Below are positions 51,307 to 64,000 of a stretch of DNA of 64,000 bases, one piece after another. This DNA comes from Lama guanicoe. Lineage: Eukaryota. The notes under the pieces are model-generated. The model made no database searches. It saw only the letters and a list, made by a program, of their open reading frames with translations, and had not been told where the DNA came from. Where the stretch lies: contig MU054212.1 of assembly GCA_013239625.1 (NCBI GenBank), positions 5,180,270 to 5,244,269 on the forward strand, read 5' to 3'. The translations under genes and the position numbers were made by a program. Position 1 is the stretch's first letter. Every line of letters begins with the position of its first letter.

Positions 51307-53070
51307 GTCCACTCCTTTTGCTTCTCAGTATCTACTCTTGTTCTTTTTCTTGGTGAAAAATTTTGTGTATCCCTGCAAAATATCATAAGCTCTCATTTAC
51401 CTAAGGGATGATAGCACTACGGATATATTCCCACCCAAAGCATACATCTGTAACCACTACCATCCCTTAATATAAGGGGAGGGAAAGAAACAATATAAAA
51501 GCTGCCTTTAACAGTCCAGTCCCATTGCTGCAACTTCTATCTTTCAGCACCCATTTAATATTCCTTTTACCCTCTGCAATTACGTGGAATGGATGAGATT
51601 CTTAACCAAGTGGGGTAACCCAAACCTTATTTCTGAGATCTGAATCCTTTTGGCCCCAACTTCATTAGACACGGCTGAGTGTTCCATTGACCACTACTGC
51701 ATAAGGGGGTACAAAAAGTTACTAAAACCAGTGAATCCTCTGGTTCCAGACATTGTCCTCTGGTTCCAGACGTTGTCTTTCTTTTTGTGTAGCAGCCATC
51801 CACGTTTTCCTTGATAATGAAGATCAGTCTCTTCATCTGGATACTGATTTTTTTCTCTGCTTGAGATGAGGAGCACGGAGATCAATTTTAGGCTTTTTTA
51901 TTTAAAGGAGAATAACTGTATTCCCTAGAAGAAGCATTTCTACCTTGGACCTTGGGACATTCAGAGCTACTAAACTCAAAGTCACGGAGACAGAAAGCAC
52001 AAATCTCTCCAGTGGTTTATTTTCTGTAATCGTAAGAAAGGAGCACCCCTACCCCTAACCCACTTGTTTCCCTGTTCTGAGTAGTCTAGCTATAGTGATG
52101 GCAGCATCAGAGTGGCTTCTGGTGTGTGGCATGTATTACATGATGAATGGAGAATGTCATGACCTTAAAGAAACTTGTCCACTGGTCATTGCTGTGGCTA
52201 AACTTCCAGCAGGCTGTTCTGCCATTCTATAAAGCCAGCTGCATTTGAATCATGTGTGTGTTAAGTAAGTAAATTTTATGGATGCCAGCTCATTGCTTTA
52301 CTCCTTTGCCATACAAATGAATGGCATACACTTTGACTGGTGGTGATGCTATGTGACATGTTATGGAAGTGAATATCTGTAAGTCCCTGAATAGTGTCAC
52401 TGGCAGAAGTGTTACAGGCAGGAAGGCATATTTGAATATATATCCATCTCCTTGTGGGGATAGAGCTGGTAGATATGGTGAAAGGGGGCAATATAATTAA
52501 GCTGCTACCAGGTGGATGGCTATTCTTTTGGGAAATAATACATTCTCAGGTGCTCAGCATTAGCTTCTGAGGTCTAGCAGTAGCCAGATCAGCCTTAGTG
52601 AGGATAATTCTAGGCCACAGAAATCATACGTGGCCTTTATGCCCACCTCCATGGCTACTTCATATATGGATCTATCAGGCACGCAGAAAGGTGTTTGGCA
52701 ACGAGTCACTGACATCCATCTGAAGCCTCCTAGTCTCCCTCCTTTTATTTAAAGCCTCCTCTGAAGTGCATCTTCTCTGATGATCATTTAGAGTAAACAC
52801 AATTATCTTTGTCATCGATGCCTATGCCCAAAAGATTGTTCCGTTACCTCTTGTCCGTTACCGTTACTTATCACCAATCCTGCAAATTTTATTCTTTTCA
52901 AAGCCTTGACAGGTCATTCAGCCCATTAGTTAGCAGAGGCATATTCTTTAGGCAATCTCTCCTTTTACATGAAAGGGACAAATAGGTATCAGGATATTGG
53001 TTTAGCTGATATAATAAAAAGCAGAGTAATAATTTGTTATGACCAAACTTACTTCTCTTTTTTGTGTGTA
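51307..53070 (-). mobile_element. ERVL-class internal region (decayed pol/integrase)
   Basis: Minus-strand peptides W*QLNYIAP, PACNTSASDTIQGLT and AAGFIEWQNSLL resemble ERVL integrase motifs WQVDYIGP, PAHNASAKTTIRGLT and AAGLIERWNGLL; many stops and frameshifts. Confidence 0.8.
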
Positions 53071-53078
53071 GTAGATTA

Positions 53079-53195
53079 CAATTGACCCTTAACACAGGTT
53101 TGAACTGCACAGGTGTCCTTATATGCAGACTTTCTTTTTTTATGAAAGTAAATACTATAGTACTGATGATCTGAGGTTGGTTGAATCCATGGATG
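53079..53195 (+). mobile_element. Tigger2-family 5' fragment
   Basis: TA|CAATTGACCCTTAACACAGGTTTGAACTGCACAGG resembles the Tigger2 terminus. Confidence 0.75.
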
Positions 53196-54564
53196 GCTTG
53201 GCTTTCATTCTTGTTTTATTGTGATACGGGCTTATTCTGTCATTTCCTAGGATTATAAAAGGGTGAGAGGCTTGTCATCCTGATCCTATCATTCTATGGA
53301 TAGCAAGGAGTACAAAGATATGTAAGGCATGACTGAGTCTCTTCTTCTCGGAAAGAAATAGCAAATAAATAATGAATTTACTCAAATAGTCATATATTCA
53401 ATACATATATATTCCGTTTCTTCAAGTTACCAGATATGGTGGTGCTTAGATAAAATAACAACCAGTGTGGACGTAGTCCCTGGCCTAACAGAGCTTACAA
53501 ACTAAAGATGATGCATAAAAATAGACAAGCATTCATAAGTAGACATGACAAATGCCGTGATAGGTGGAGGGTAGCAGGTTATGGGAACATATTTAGGTTA
53601 AAACGCTCTAGATGTGATGGGGAGGGAATTGCCTTGAAAGAATTGCCCTCCTCATCCAGATCTGAAAAAAATCAACTAACAACAAAAAGGGTTAGTCTGA
53701 TAAAGCTGGTGTTCTGTGGAGACGTGTGTCACTGATCTGAAATGCTATCCCATTGGATTTTTGGCTCTGGCCTTGGGGCTGCAGTCTTCAGGCCCATTTT
53801 CAGTTAAGCTGCAGATGACAGTATTCTTTTATCAGTTTGTTATGTGCCACGGGCATACTGACGTGCATGATATCTACTTACGTTCCTATACAAAAGTGAA
53901 TCCATAAATTCTTTTAAAAATTAAGTACATGGGATAATTATATGCTAAGTTTTGTGTAACTGTGAATATGTGTGCTTATATAAATATTTGGTACTTTGAA
54001 ACATACAAAAAATAGAAACAAAAGGAAAAATTTACCTATGAAAATTTAGTCAAGCAATAAATTATAATCTATTGATTAACTCTTTTGCTTCATCTTCAGT
54101 TTCTAAGGAAAGTAAAATTTCTTAACATATTATAGAACTTTCCAAGAGGATCCCAATAGTTCCCAAAGGAATCAAATTACATCCTAACTACATGACTGAA
54201 AAATAAAATCAAACTTCCTTAGTAATCTAAGAAAGGAAATACCTTTATAGAAGAATTTCATAAAGTAAAGCTTTTCTTTCCTTATTGAATCTGAGCTGTA
54301 TTTAATCAAGGCCTGAACTGCCAAGTTCCTTTTTTATGTTTTACAAGAAAAAAGGCATCCAAAAATAGATTTCTGTTTCTTAGTGCATTCCAAGTCACTG
54401 ATGTTTCAAATTTCAACTAAGATGCTACTTTCACAGATTAAATCAAGTGGAGGGCTGAAAAAATATTCCTTATAATTGAAACCAAAATAACATAAATTTA
54501 ATGTAAATGGTCAGCTTGGGTTCTATGTATAATGACAAAAAAAAGAAGATAATAGGTCTGGTTT

Positions 54565-54810
54565 TCTTAATAGCTTAATTGTTGTATAATTGATATACAA
54601 AGAACTATAAATATTTTAACGTGTGCAGTTTAATGAGTTTGAACACATGGAAATACTTGTGATGCCGTCACCTCAGTCAAGGTCATGGACAGATCCAGAA
54701 CCTCCCAGACTTTCTACCTGTCTCTTTGTTGTTGTGTTTTTGTTTGTTTTGATATGTGTGTGTTAAGAACACTTAACATGATACCTGTCTTTGTAACAAG
54801 TTTTCAAGTG
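54565..54810 (-). mobile_element. L1MA8/9-like 3' end
   Basis: GTATAATTGATATACAAAGAACT...GTTAAGAACACTTAACATG...TTTCAAGTG. Confidence 0.75.
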
Positions 54811-56094
54811 AAATAGATCTGTTCTTTCCTTTGTTTGTAGAGACAGAACACCCCTCTAGATGATCAAAATTCTACACAGAGTGTGACTAACAGTTAGATT
54901 CTCTCTTGATTACCTTTCAATGCCAAGTAGAACTTTGCTTCCCATCACCCCACTAAAATGAAATTACAAGACTGGTCCTAAACGGACATCCGACTGAATG
55001 AGATCTAGAACAGAAGCAGATTATATATTGAGCTTTGCATGACAATAAATTGTAAGTTTAACTGCCTGAAGCAGTACTACCTAGGACCTTTTTTTATGGC
55101 AATTATATTTATGGAACCAATTCAAATAGGAAATCCAAAGATATCTTTTTGAATGGAAAAATTGCAAGAATAAATTGCACATGCCTTCAAGACTTAGTTT
55201 AGCCTTGCAAAAGTATACTGACTCTTCATAGATTTTTTTTCACATATGAGAAATATATATTATATATATATAAATTGAATGCCAAAGAAAGTCTTCAAAG
55301 ACTTTGGAATCTTGAGCAGAGTTCTGCAAATAGGAAAGCAGCCTCGAATGGAATGCTACCTGGACTCCACTACCTGTTGTAGTTCTAGCTTTTTTCAAAG
55401 TCAGGTTGCTTAGCTTTTCCTTTGATTCCTTAATTATTCTGCAAATTTTAATTAATGTATTTAATTAGTCTTTGCTTAAATACCACTAGTAATAGAAACC
55501 AATTACCTCACTTACTATCTTTATATGTTAAAAATACTCTCCCTTTTCTCAAGCTGAAACTTGAGCCCTGTAGCTTCCTCCATTATTTCTTCTTCTGTCT
55601 CCTTAGGGATATGAAAGGAGATCCAGATCTTCTTCCACAGTGCCATTCTTCCAAATGATTGAACTTATTATCTTTTCCATAATAGTTCCATGTTAGTTCC
55701 TAGAACACTTTCTTAGATGGCATGATTTATATTGTTACCATCCTTTTTTAATAATCACTAATTAATCTTACTACTCTAAAAGTGAAGTGCACAAAATTAA
55801 CTATAATGTTTTACGTGTGCTCAACTGAATATAGAGAAAAATGAGACTGTTAACTATTCATCCTTAAGTCTCTCCTTAGTGGTCTTGTCCCCCATGAATA
55901 GAAGCTAAATCATTTTAGATGTTGGTTCTGAATACAACCATTATTGCTGCTCTACAATTACATGTATACATGTAATTCATTTCATAATTATTTAAAAATG
56001 CTTTCAGTAGATACGTGAAATAACTTCATATCTTTACTTGTACTATTTCTAAGTGAAATAACTTTACCTATTCTTTTTGCACAGTAAAAATTTT

Positions 56095-57390
56095 TTATGC
56101 TGGAATTTAATGAGAGTACAAAATAAAAGAGCAAAAGAAATGAATGGGAGCAAAGTTATAATGGAGTGAGAAAAGGACCTCAGAAATTAAACTGAATCCA
56201 CAGTAACAAATGAAGAATTGCATTGTTATACACTAGTAATGAACAATATATAGATAAAATTAAGAAAATAATTCCATTTAGAATATCACCAATAAAGGTA
56301 ATTTACTTAGGAGTAGCTTTAAGAAAAGAAATGCAAAACTCATATTCTGAAGCAACATCCCCAAAAATGAGCCTAGGTGTGATTCTCTTTGAATATATAC
56401 TGCTTCAGGTTTGTTGAGATTCTTGTACCTATGGCTTAAGTTTTTCAACAAATTTGTAAAATTGTCAACTATTATTTCTTCAAACATTTTTCCCCTTTCT
56501 TTTTTATGGGACTCCCATTATATGCGCCTTACTATGTTTAATGTTTATTTTTCTTCAGATTAGATAACATTTGGTATTAATCACATTTCACACTCACTGA
56601 TTTTTTTTTCCCCCTGCTGTTTTATATCTGTTATTCAGTACTTCTAGTGAATTTCCTCTCTCTTTCTCTCTCTTTCTCTTTGGCTACTGCACTTTTAAAA
56701 TCTACAATTTCTATTTGATCTTTTTAGTAATTTTTATTTATCTGTTGTTAAATAACTCAAAAATACTGTAAATCAAGAGAAACTAAAATGGTGCTCAAAA
56801 ATATTTGCTTAGTAGTACTTGTACAAGAAATTTATAGAACAAAAAAACATAAAAGTCTAATGTGGACACTATAATCTGTAGAACATCCATTCAGTAAATA
56901 ATACTCAAAAATACAGTTTAAAAAATCAACAGAGGAATTAACATGGTGCATTTAGAAGTATTTGTTTAGCAGTAAATGAGGCAGTAATGGAAAAAACAGG
57001 GAACAATAACAGCAATAAAACAGGAGAAATACAAAAAATAAACACCAAAATTGCAGGTGGAAACACAGCCATATCAATAATTACATTAAATGTGAATGGA
57101 CTAGTCACTTCAGTTAAAAGGCAGATATTGTTAGACTGGATACAAAGCATGACTTTCCTACATGCTGTCTATAAAGATACATTTTATATTCAAACACACA
57201 AATAGGCTGAAAAGATAGAAAAATATCTACCCTACACATTGTCTCCATAAAATAACTGAATTGGTTATGCAGGTATCACACAACATAGATTTGTTTTTCT
57301 AGAAACAAAGAGAGACATGTCATAAAGATGAAAGAATCAATATATCAAGAAGATATGACAATTAAAAATGTAAACTCATCTCAATAGTGT
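56095..57390. mobile_element. mosaic of L1 ORF1/ORF2 fragments in both orientations
   Basis: Plus: LYTSNEQ...IPFRI...YLGVAL (ORF2, 56223-56350). Minus: FEEIIVDNFTNL (ORF1, ~56365-56745). Plus: ISIITLNVNGL (ORF2 endonuclease N-terminus, ~57070-57105). Confidence 0.85.
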
Positions 57391-58959
57391 AAGAATTAAA
57401 AAATCCTCACACCTAAATATTCCTCTCCTGGAGAGGGCACAAGATGAGTTCTTCAAACTTTATACCATGTGACTTGTGCCATGGGCTCTTTACTGTGAAG
57501 GTAATGTCTGACAAGTGTGATTTTGCTAACAGTTTACTAAGAAAAAAAGACAGAAGTAACTTAAGTGTTGAAACCGTGTCCCAAAGTCATAAGCATAAAG
57601 GAAGAAACTATTCACTCTTAACTGATTTGAGAAGGATTGGTTTATGTATGAACCAATTTTACATGCTTTATGTGGGATTTTGAGCCAACAGCTATAGCAC
57701 ATACATTTTGGGGTGTTTGTTTGTTTGTTTCATGTGTGATCTTAACTCTCACATTTTCAGGTATTAAGATTCACTCTGCTGAGGCTGAGACTTAACTGTA
57801 CCAAGAATATTGTACATGTTCGGTTTTCACAGTACACCCCACTGGTTTTTTAAGGACGTTGTCAACTTGTTGCCATGAAGAGATCCAGATTTAGAGAGTT
57901 ATAAACAGCTGTGCCATTTAGAGTTTTGCTTCCCTAGATGAAAGCTGGTCTTTAAAAACATTACCTGTTTTCTTGAACTCTAATGTTATTAATTTATTCT
58001 TCTAGTTAGTTTTGGGTAGTGCCATTTTTTTAAAAAAAATGAATCATTTAGCGGGGGGACATGTGCAAGCACAACACATTGGCAGAAATATGGTTTAAGA
58101 TCCAGAAAAGTAATCTTGTGTTGTTTGTTCTGTTTTCTTGGCACAGAGCTAATTTTCTCAATAATAGCTGCAATGGAAATAACAAATATAAAAGCTTCAT
58201 TTCCCCATCCTTCAAAAAGCCTTTTAGCCTACTTTGAAGTCCCTAAAGAATATCTAGAAAAAATACCTATCAACTGAGAAATGTCAAAGCTAATGCTCTG
58301 CTTCAGAATTAAAGCACAGAGAAAAAGCCTGCAGTACTGCTGCAAGCATCTTCGGTGTCTCTGAAGCATTCCTGCTGGTTTTAACTCACAAGGGGTCATT
58401 CTGCTGCTGAAACCAGTAACACAGTTTGCTCCCACTTCTGTTCACAGTATATCCTTTCTTGTAAATAATGAACTAAAAAATACAGGAATTGAGTGAATGA
58501 AATGGGCAGATGCCCTTAAAGTAAATTAAGTGACTGTGGAAGTTGCATTGATATTTCAGACCAAGCACCATGGCCTGTCTATGCACTGAAGGGGTCACAT
58601 GTTGAATAGAATCTTAAGGTTCCGAAGCCTAAATTAAAGATCCATCCAGGCCCAGCATTCCAGGAGAACTGATTTCTAAAAATGCCAGATTTCAGCGCTA
58701 AGTGAAATAGTGGTCATCTGAATCCTCTCAGTCGAAAGACATCCTCTACTTCAATTTCTGAAGCATTCCTCCCGGGAGTGCTTTGTCTTCTCTTTAGTGC
58801 TTCTGGTCATGGATGCCACACCTTCAAACTCTCAGAGTACTCAGAGGGAGGGGCAAAAGGTGAACACCTGAGTGTTCTGCGTTTTCACAGCGGACTGCAG
58901 CAAGTGGTAGTGATATCCCAGCTCTTACTCACCTTCGCTGGTGTTTTGTAGAATGCTGT

Positions 58960-59392
58960 TGCTCTGTCTGGAGAGCCTTGGATGTGTATATGAGGGTGAG
59001 TGTAGGGGCAGGAGATGGCCAAAGTTTGTGCTTTTATTTCCAAAACTCAGCAACTCTTTTTCGGAGCACTGTCCTTAGGCAACCAGAGCCTCCTTTGCCT
59101 GGCTTGTCCAGAGATCAAGAAGCACCTGGGAGTTTATATCTTCCTCACCTCAGGTCAGAGCAGCACCGAGGCATAACCTTCTTTTCAGAAAACTCTTGCA
59201 AGATCAGGATGAAATCACTTTTTGCAGAACTTTGCCTGAGATGGTATCTCATTTAGATTTTCCGTTTCATGACCTTCCCTGCTCTGCTTTCCCTGTTCCC
59301 TTGCCAGTTTCCCACGAAGCACTTTCTTAGTAAATCTCCCACCTGTCAACTGACATCTCAGCGTCTGCTTCTGGGGATCTCTATCCATGACA
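58960..59392 (+). mobile_element. LTR16-like ERVL LTR
   Basis: CTTTCTTAGTAAATCTC...CATCTCAGCGTCTGCTTCTGGGGATC...GACA 3' end; left boundary uncertain. Confidence 0.6.
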
Positions 59393-60229
59393 AAGACTGA
59401 CACTTTGGCAATGAGCCACCCTGACAAAAAGGTGGTGAGGGTTAGAGGAGGATAGGGGCTAACTGCTTCACTAGCAAAACAAAAACGAGGGTGCTGGTAA
59501 CCTTTACTACCGTGTATCTTATTCTTCACCACCCTTTCCCCTGTGTCTCTTCTGTCCCTCTTCAAGACGTCTGTGGCTTTAAACTCTCCTTAGAGTTTCA
59601 TTATAGGAAAACCATGTTCATTTTACTCCTTGCTCTCCTTTCATCAAAACATATTTGTCCATACATCTGGTTCTCAGAACTTTAGACACTGTCCTCTAAT
59701 CTGTTAAAGTAATTCTAGCAAAGGCTAATCGTGATTGTTACAAGTTAAAATACCCATCTCTTACATTTTTACACAAAAATACCTACAGCATATATATTCA
59801 AAGCAGAGCATTAAGATAAAATCATGAAAATGATTCAGTTCCTATCCCGAAGAAAGGTAGAATCTTTTACTACAATGAGTTCACAGTCAAACTAGAACCT
59901 TTCAAATGTCATAAGAGATATATGTACAAAGTGCTATAACTGAAGAAAGAAAAGAAAGGAAGTCTGTAGCCGGCATTTTTGCATATTATTTCATTTAGAA
60001 TGTTAAGTCATATAAAGTGCTGGCTCCTACTTTCCTCAGCTATTACGTGGTGTTCTAATCAAACTTAGGATGCTGTGTATAGAACACTAAGAAATTGCTC
60101 CTTGTGCAGACAAGACATTTCCAGACCCCGGGATCAGACAAGAGAATATTTACTATTATGCCAGGAAGGACTGACACAGTAGGTGATCATGACTTTTGTT
60201 AAGAGATCCTGGGACTAAACAGGTATCTA

Positions 60230-60460
60230 AATCCATTCATTTATTCATTCTATAAAAATGTATTGGATACCTACCAGGTGCCAAGAACTGTTCAAGGTAC
60301 TAGGGATAAAAAAATACAAAACAAAGAAAGAAACAAACAATGAAAAGTAAAATGTTCGTCCCACTTATGCTTACATTCTAGTGAGGAAGACAAACAATAA
60401 ACAGAGAATAAGTAAATATATAACGCATCAGGTGTTGGTAAGTGCTTTGGAATGTAATTG
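60230..60460 (-). mobile_element. L2 LINE 3' end
   Basis: CATTCATTTATTCATTC...TACCTACCAGGTGCCAAG...GCTTACATTCTAGTG. Confidence 0.75.
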
Positions 60461-62599
60461 CAAAGTTATAGTGATGTTCCTCCTTGGTATAATCCTGGGC
60501 CAAAATGCACATGTAAGGAAGGAGGGACAAAAGAGAGTATATAACTCCCAATTGATTGGCACCAGGAAAGGTCTTTAAAGTTTTTGCATTGTCTCTAGGT
60601 TGCTTGCAGAGCAGGAAGAGAGTGTGTTATTTGCTTATCAGCATGCCTGCCTCTGTCATTTCTGAAGCAGTGAAAGTACTGATATAAGAATGAGAGAATG
60701 AATCCAATTCCCACTCCTTTGGGACAGTTGCTTTGCTGCTTTAAACAGGAGCATTGTTTTAGTTTTTATTTTTTGAGTGAAATCAAAATTTATGGTATTA
60801 TACCTCTAGATGGTTCAAGTTTTTTAAATTATCAATTACAGAGCCCAGGATTCTGAATTTAATGGACTGTTACTCTAGGTTCATTAAAATAGGACTAATT
60901 TTCACTATGTTATAATCTATGTCTCTAATTTCAAAATAATGGAAACTCCTGGAAATTGCTATCAAACTTTTAAAGCACATTATCTGCTATTGAAATATGC
61001 ACTTCTAAAGAAGAATCTCTGCCTGTTGAACCAGTCAGCCTCACGGTATTACCATTAACCCTCACATGTTGATTAAATACTAATGTGACCCCAAGGCAAT
61101 TTCAACTGAAGGTTTTTTTCCTTTCTGTAGGCCTCATGCCTCCAAAGCTATTAAGCTACTCTATTCTTCTGCTAATTATCTGAAACGTTATTAATCTGAA
61201 GCCTAAAACTCATAGAACTTCTTCAAAGCTACTCTAGAATGACAATGGAGTTAAAAATATAATTGAGATTGAAGAAAGAGATTCTAGTAGTTAATTTCCA
61301 AACTTTTAGACCTTAACACACATGCTATTATCTTCTTTTGTCTGAGTTTTTTTTTTTCTTTTTCCCCTCAAATCAGTTTTAAATGGTGAAATTGCAGTCT
61401 TTTGCATTTGCAAAAAGATTGGGAAATAACAACCATCAAAAAACAAAAAATTACTTTCATATTGAAGGTGTTATTTTTAACACTTCGGTTAAAAAATCTG
61501 TGTAACCTATAATCTACATTATTACTTTCCCAGTGGAACCCTCCCTCCCACTCCCCTTGCACCGCTGAAATTGAATGGTGCCTTCTGGAAGAAATTCTAG
61601 TAGCCCTGATGTGGAGTTGTTCTGAGCCTCAGGGAATGCAAAGATACAACAAGCATGTGTTGTGTCTATCTGTCTTGGGAAGAGTGAAAGATTCATGATG
61701 GTCAGACATTCTATTTAGCTCAGACAGAGACAACCATCAAATGGGTGTTCCTGTAGCTGTAGGATAGGTATAGCATTTAAAGAATAATAGTGACTTTAAA
61801 TGTCAACAGCACACGTTTTTAACATAGTAAATGGCCTTTAATGAATGAAACCAGTTTTATGGGTCTAGTGTGGTTGGCTGCTTCTGTGCATGAAACCTTT
61901 AAATATTTTGATAGCTATCCATGTCAATAAATGTTTCCAGAAAAAAATGAATTATCTTACGTATGAAGGATGTTTCATATATATCATCCTGGCTTCATAA
62001 TACATTGAGAAGGTGGCCAGTAAGTTCTAACAAGTATTCAATTGGTTAGCATGCACAGTAGTCTTAACCTAAATAAGGGGGAAAAAAAAAAACTATGTCA
62101 AATCAGATTTAATTTTCTATCTCAAAGCTATTTTTAGAACAGTGGAATTGGGTTTATTCTAGCCTGAAACAGACCAAATCTTACTTTCAATTGTTGATTA
62201 AACCTTTGTTTCTCTGTTTATTTTTACTTTAAAAAAGTTCCTTTCCTCACAGGTAGCCATGGTTTCAGCACATTGACAAGGTATCCATTAGTCAGCCATT
62301 CCTTTATTTAGAGCTTATACAACAAGTATTAATTGACCATAAGGACAAAGAGAAAGGTGCTTGCATTCAGTCCTGGAGTCTGTCCCTTGTTATAAAGGTG
62401 AAACAGAGCAGTGAATTTAACGTTTATAAACTTACTTTTCTCATTCATATCCTGAAAAGAAGAGTACTTACTCATAGTGATGCTATCAGTACTAAATAAA
62501 ATAATGCCAAGAAAATATATTTGATACAGTGTAATCTCTCGACAGTCCTTCTGTGCCTTCTGTTTCAACTACATTTATTCTCTTCATTTTTCTGAATGG

Positions 62600-62995
62600 A
62601 CCGTTCATTTTATTCTTAGTTGTTTTGCTTTTCTGTTTGCACTACCTAAAATGCATTTTTCTTCTATAGTGAACTCTCATATAACAGTGAAGTTCTTAGT
62701 TACCATCATCCCTGTTTTGAAATCTTCGTTAAATCTACCTTCTCTTCCATTCCTCCCAAAAGGTAGAATTGACCTTCCTTGTTTTTTTTCCTTCCTGAGT
62801 GTGTCATGGAGGTTCTGTCACAGCAAGCACAGACTTCTGTTTCACTTTTTGTTTACATCTTTGTTTCCTTAACTAAATGTAAATTCTTGAAGTCTTAGAA
62901 ATACCTCATATTCGTTTACCGATTCTCAGAAAAGTGCCTGAAATATAGCTAATATGCAGTAATTGTCGAATGGATGACAGCATGAATAAATGCAT
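62600..62995 (+). mobile_element. L2 LINE 3' end
   Basis: TTGTTTACATCTTTGTTTCC...AGTGCCTG...TTGTCGAATGGATG. Confidence 0.6.
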
Positions 62996-63359
62996 ATTTC
63001 ATGCATTAATATAATTATTATGGGTATTATCAGGAATGTACAAGATCCAGAGAGTGCCCAGAAAGCTTGCTAGGTGACTAGGAACTTTATAAAAAGCATA
63101 TTATTTAATCCATTGAATCCTGTTTTATTAGCAAGAAACAAATATTTGAAAATTAGAAATAACTTTCCTAAAAACCATGGCAAAATTGGGATTGCCAATA
63201 AAGACTGCCATAATTTAAAGCCTCTCTCTCTCCTCTCTCCCTAAGAGAGAAAGAGAGGAAGAGAGAGGAGATATATATATATTTGTATAATATATAAGTA
63301 TATATTATAGATATATACTGCACAGATATTTATTTATATACATATTTATATACTTAGAG

Positions 63360-63618
63360 CCATCTGTTTTTCACTTTCAGTACAGTTCTCAGTAAATTAC
63401 ATGAGATATTCAACACTTTCTTATAAAATAGGCTTTGTTTTAGATGCTTTTGCCTAAGTGTAGGAAAATGTAAATGTTCTTAGCACATTTAAGGTAGGCT
63501 AGGCGAAGCTATGATGTTTGATAGGGTAAGTGTATTAAGCGGATTTTTGACTTGTGATATTTTCAACTTACAATGGGTTTATTAGGATGTAACCCCATTG
63601 TAAGTTGAAGAAAATATG
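63360..63618 (-). mobile_element. MER47A/Tigger5 DNA transposon
   Basis: TTTAAGGTAGGCTAGGCGAAGCTATGATG...TTCAACTTACAATGGGTTTATTAGGATGTAACCCCATTGTAAGTTGA followed by TA. Confidence 0.85.
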
Positions 63619-63655
63619 TATATATTATAATTGTGTGGTAATATAGTATGTATTA

Positions 63656-64000
63656 TGTTGCAGACTGAATTATATCTCCCCCAAATTCATATGTTGAAGC
63701 CCACTGTAGAAATGAGATTCCAGTGCCTCAAGACACACTGTATTTGGAGACAGGGCCTTTAAAGGGGGTGGTTAAATTTAAATGAGGCCTTTAGGGTAGT
63801 GCCTAATCTAGTCTGACTGGTGTCCTTATAAGAAGAGGAAATTTGGACATACAGACACCAGGGGAAAGGCCACATGTAAGGGTCTAAGTAGAAAGCACCA
63901 CCTTCAGGCCAAGGAGGGAAACCTCAGGAGAAACTGAATCTGCCAACACCTTGATCTTAGACTGCCAGCCTCCAGAACTATGAGAAAATGCATTTCTATT
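63656..64000 (+). mobile_element. MLT1A/B MaLR LTR (runs off the window end)
   Basis: CCCCAAATTCATATGTTGAAG...GACTGGTGTCCTTATAAGAAGAGGAAA...CACCTTGATCTTAGAC...CAGCCTCCAGAACT. Confidence 0.9.

Noticed and set aside
52276..52491. Functional or domesticated integrase
   Set aside because: Only fragments of ERVL integrase motifs remain, split by stops and frameshifts
56987..57205. Active L1 ORF2
   Set aside because: Short endonuclease N-terminal remnant followed by stops
1..64000. CRISPR array, operon, rRNA or other prokaryote-type system
   Set aside because: The sequence is mammalian repeat-rich DNA with no regularly spaced direct repeats, no long ORFs and no rRNA-like segments

Overview
AT-rich, CpG-depleted, repeat-rich mammalian nuclear DNA. 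Two tRNA-Ala-derived SINEs of the camelid Vic-1 type point to a camel, llama or alpaca genome (inference from recalled consensus). I cannot support any intact protein-coding gene: the ORF track consists of short chance ORFs or decayed L1 and ERVL fragments. Much of the window is old eutherian interspersed repeats (L1M, L2, MIR, MLT1, MER21, LTR16/33/41, an ERVL 3'LTR plus integrase remnant, MER5A, MER53, MER104, MER47, Tigger2). The main functional candidate is a small CpG-island promoter at ~14.38-14.70 kb with three GC boxes, a YY1 site, a (GTCGGC)5 repeat and splice donors, wedged between repeats. It may drive a long-intron gene or lncRNA, possibly bidirectionally, with a well-formed non-coding exon candidate on the minus strand at ~5.8-6.05 kb. 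Other notable structure: a perfect 97-bp tandem duplication, a perfect 26-bp palindrome, head-to-head L1 fragments and two solo LTRs nested in LINEs. I found no evidence of a novel multi-gene system. Repeat family names come from my recall of consensus sequences and boundaries are approximate unless stated otherwise.
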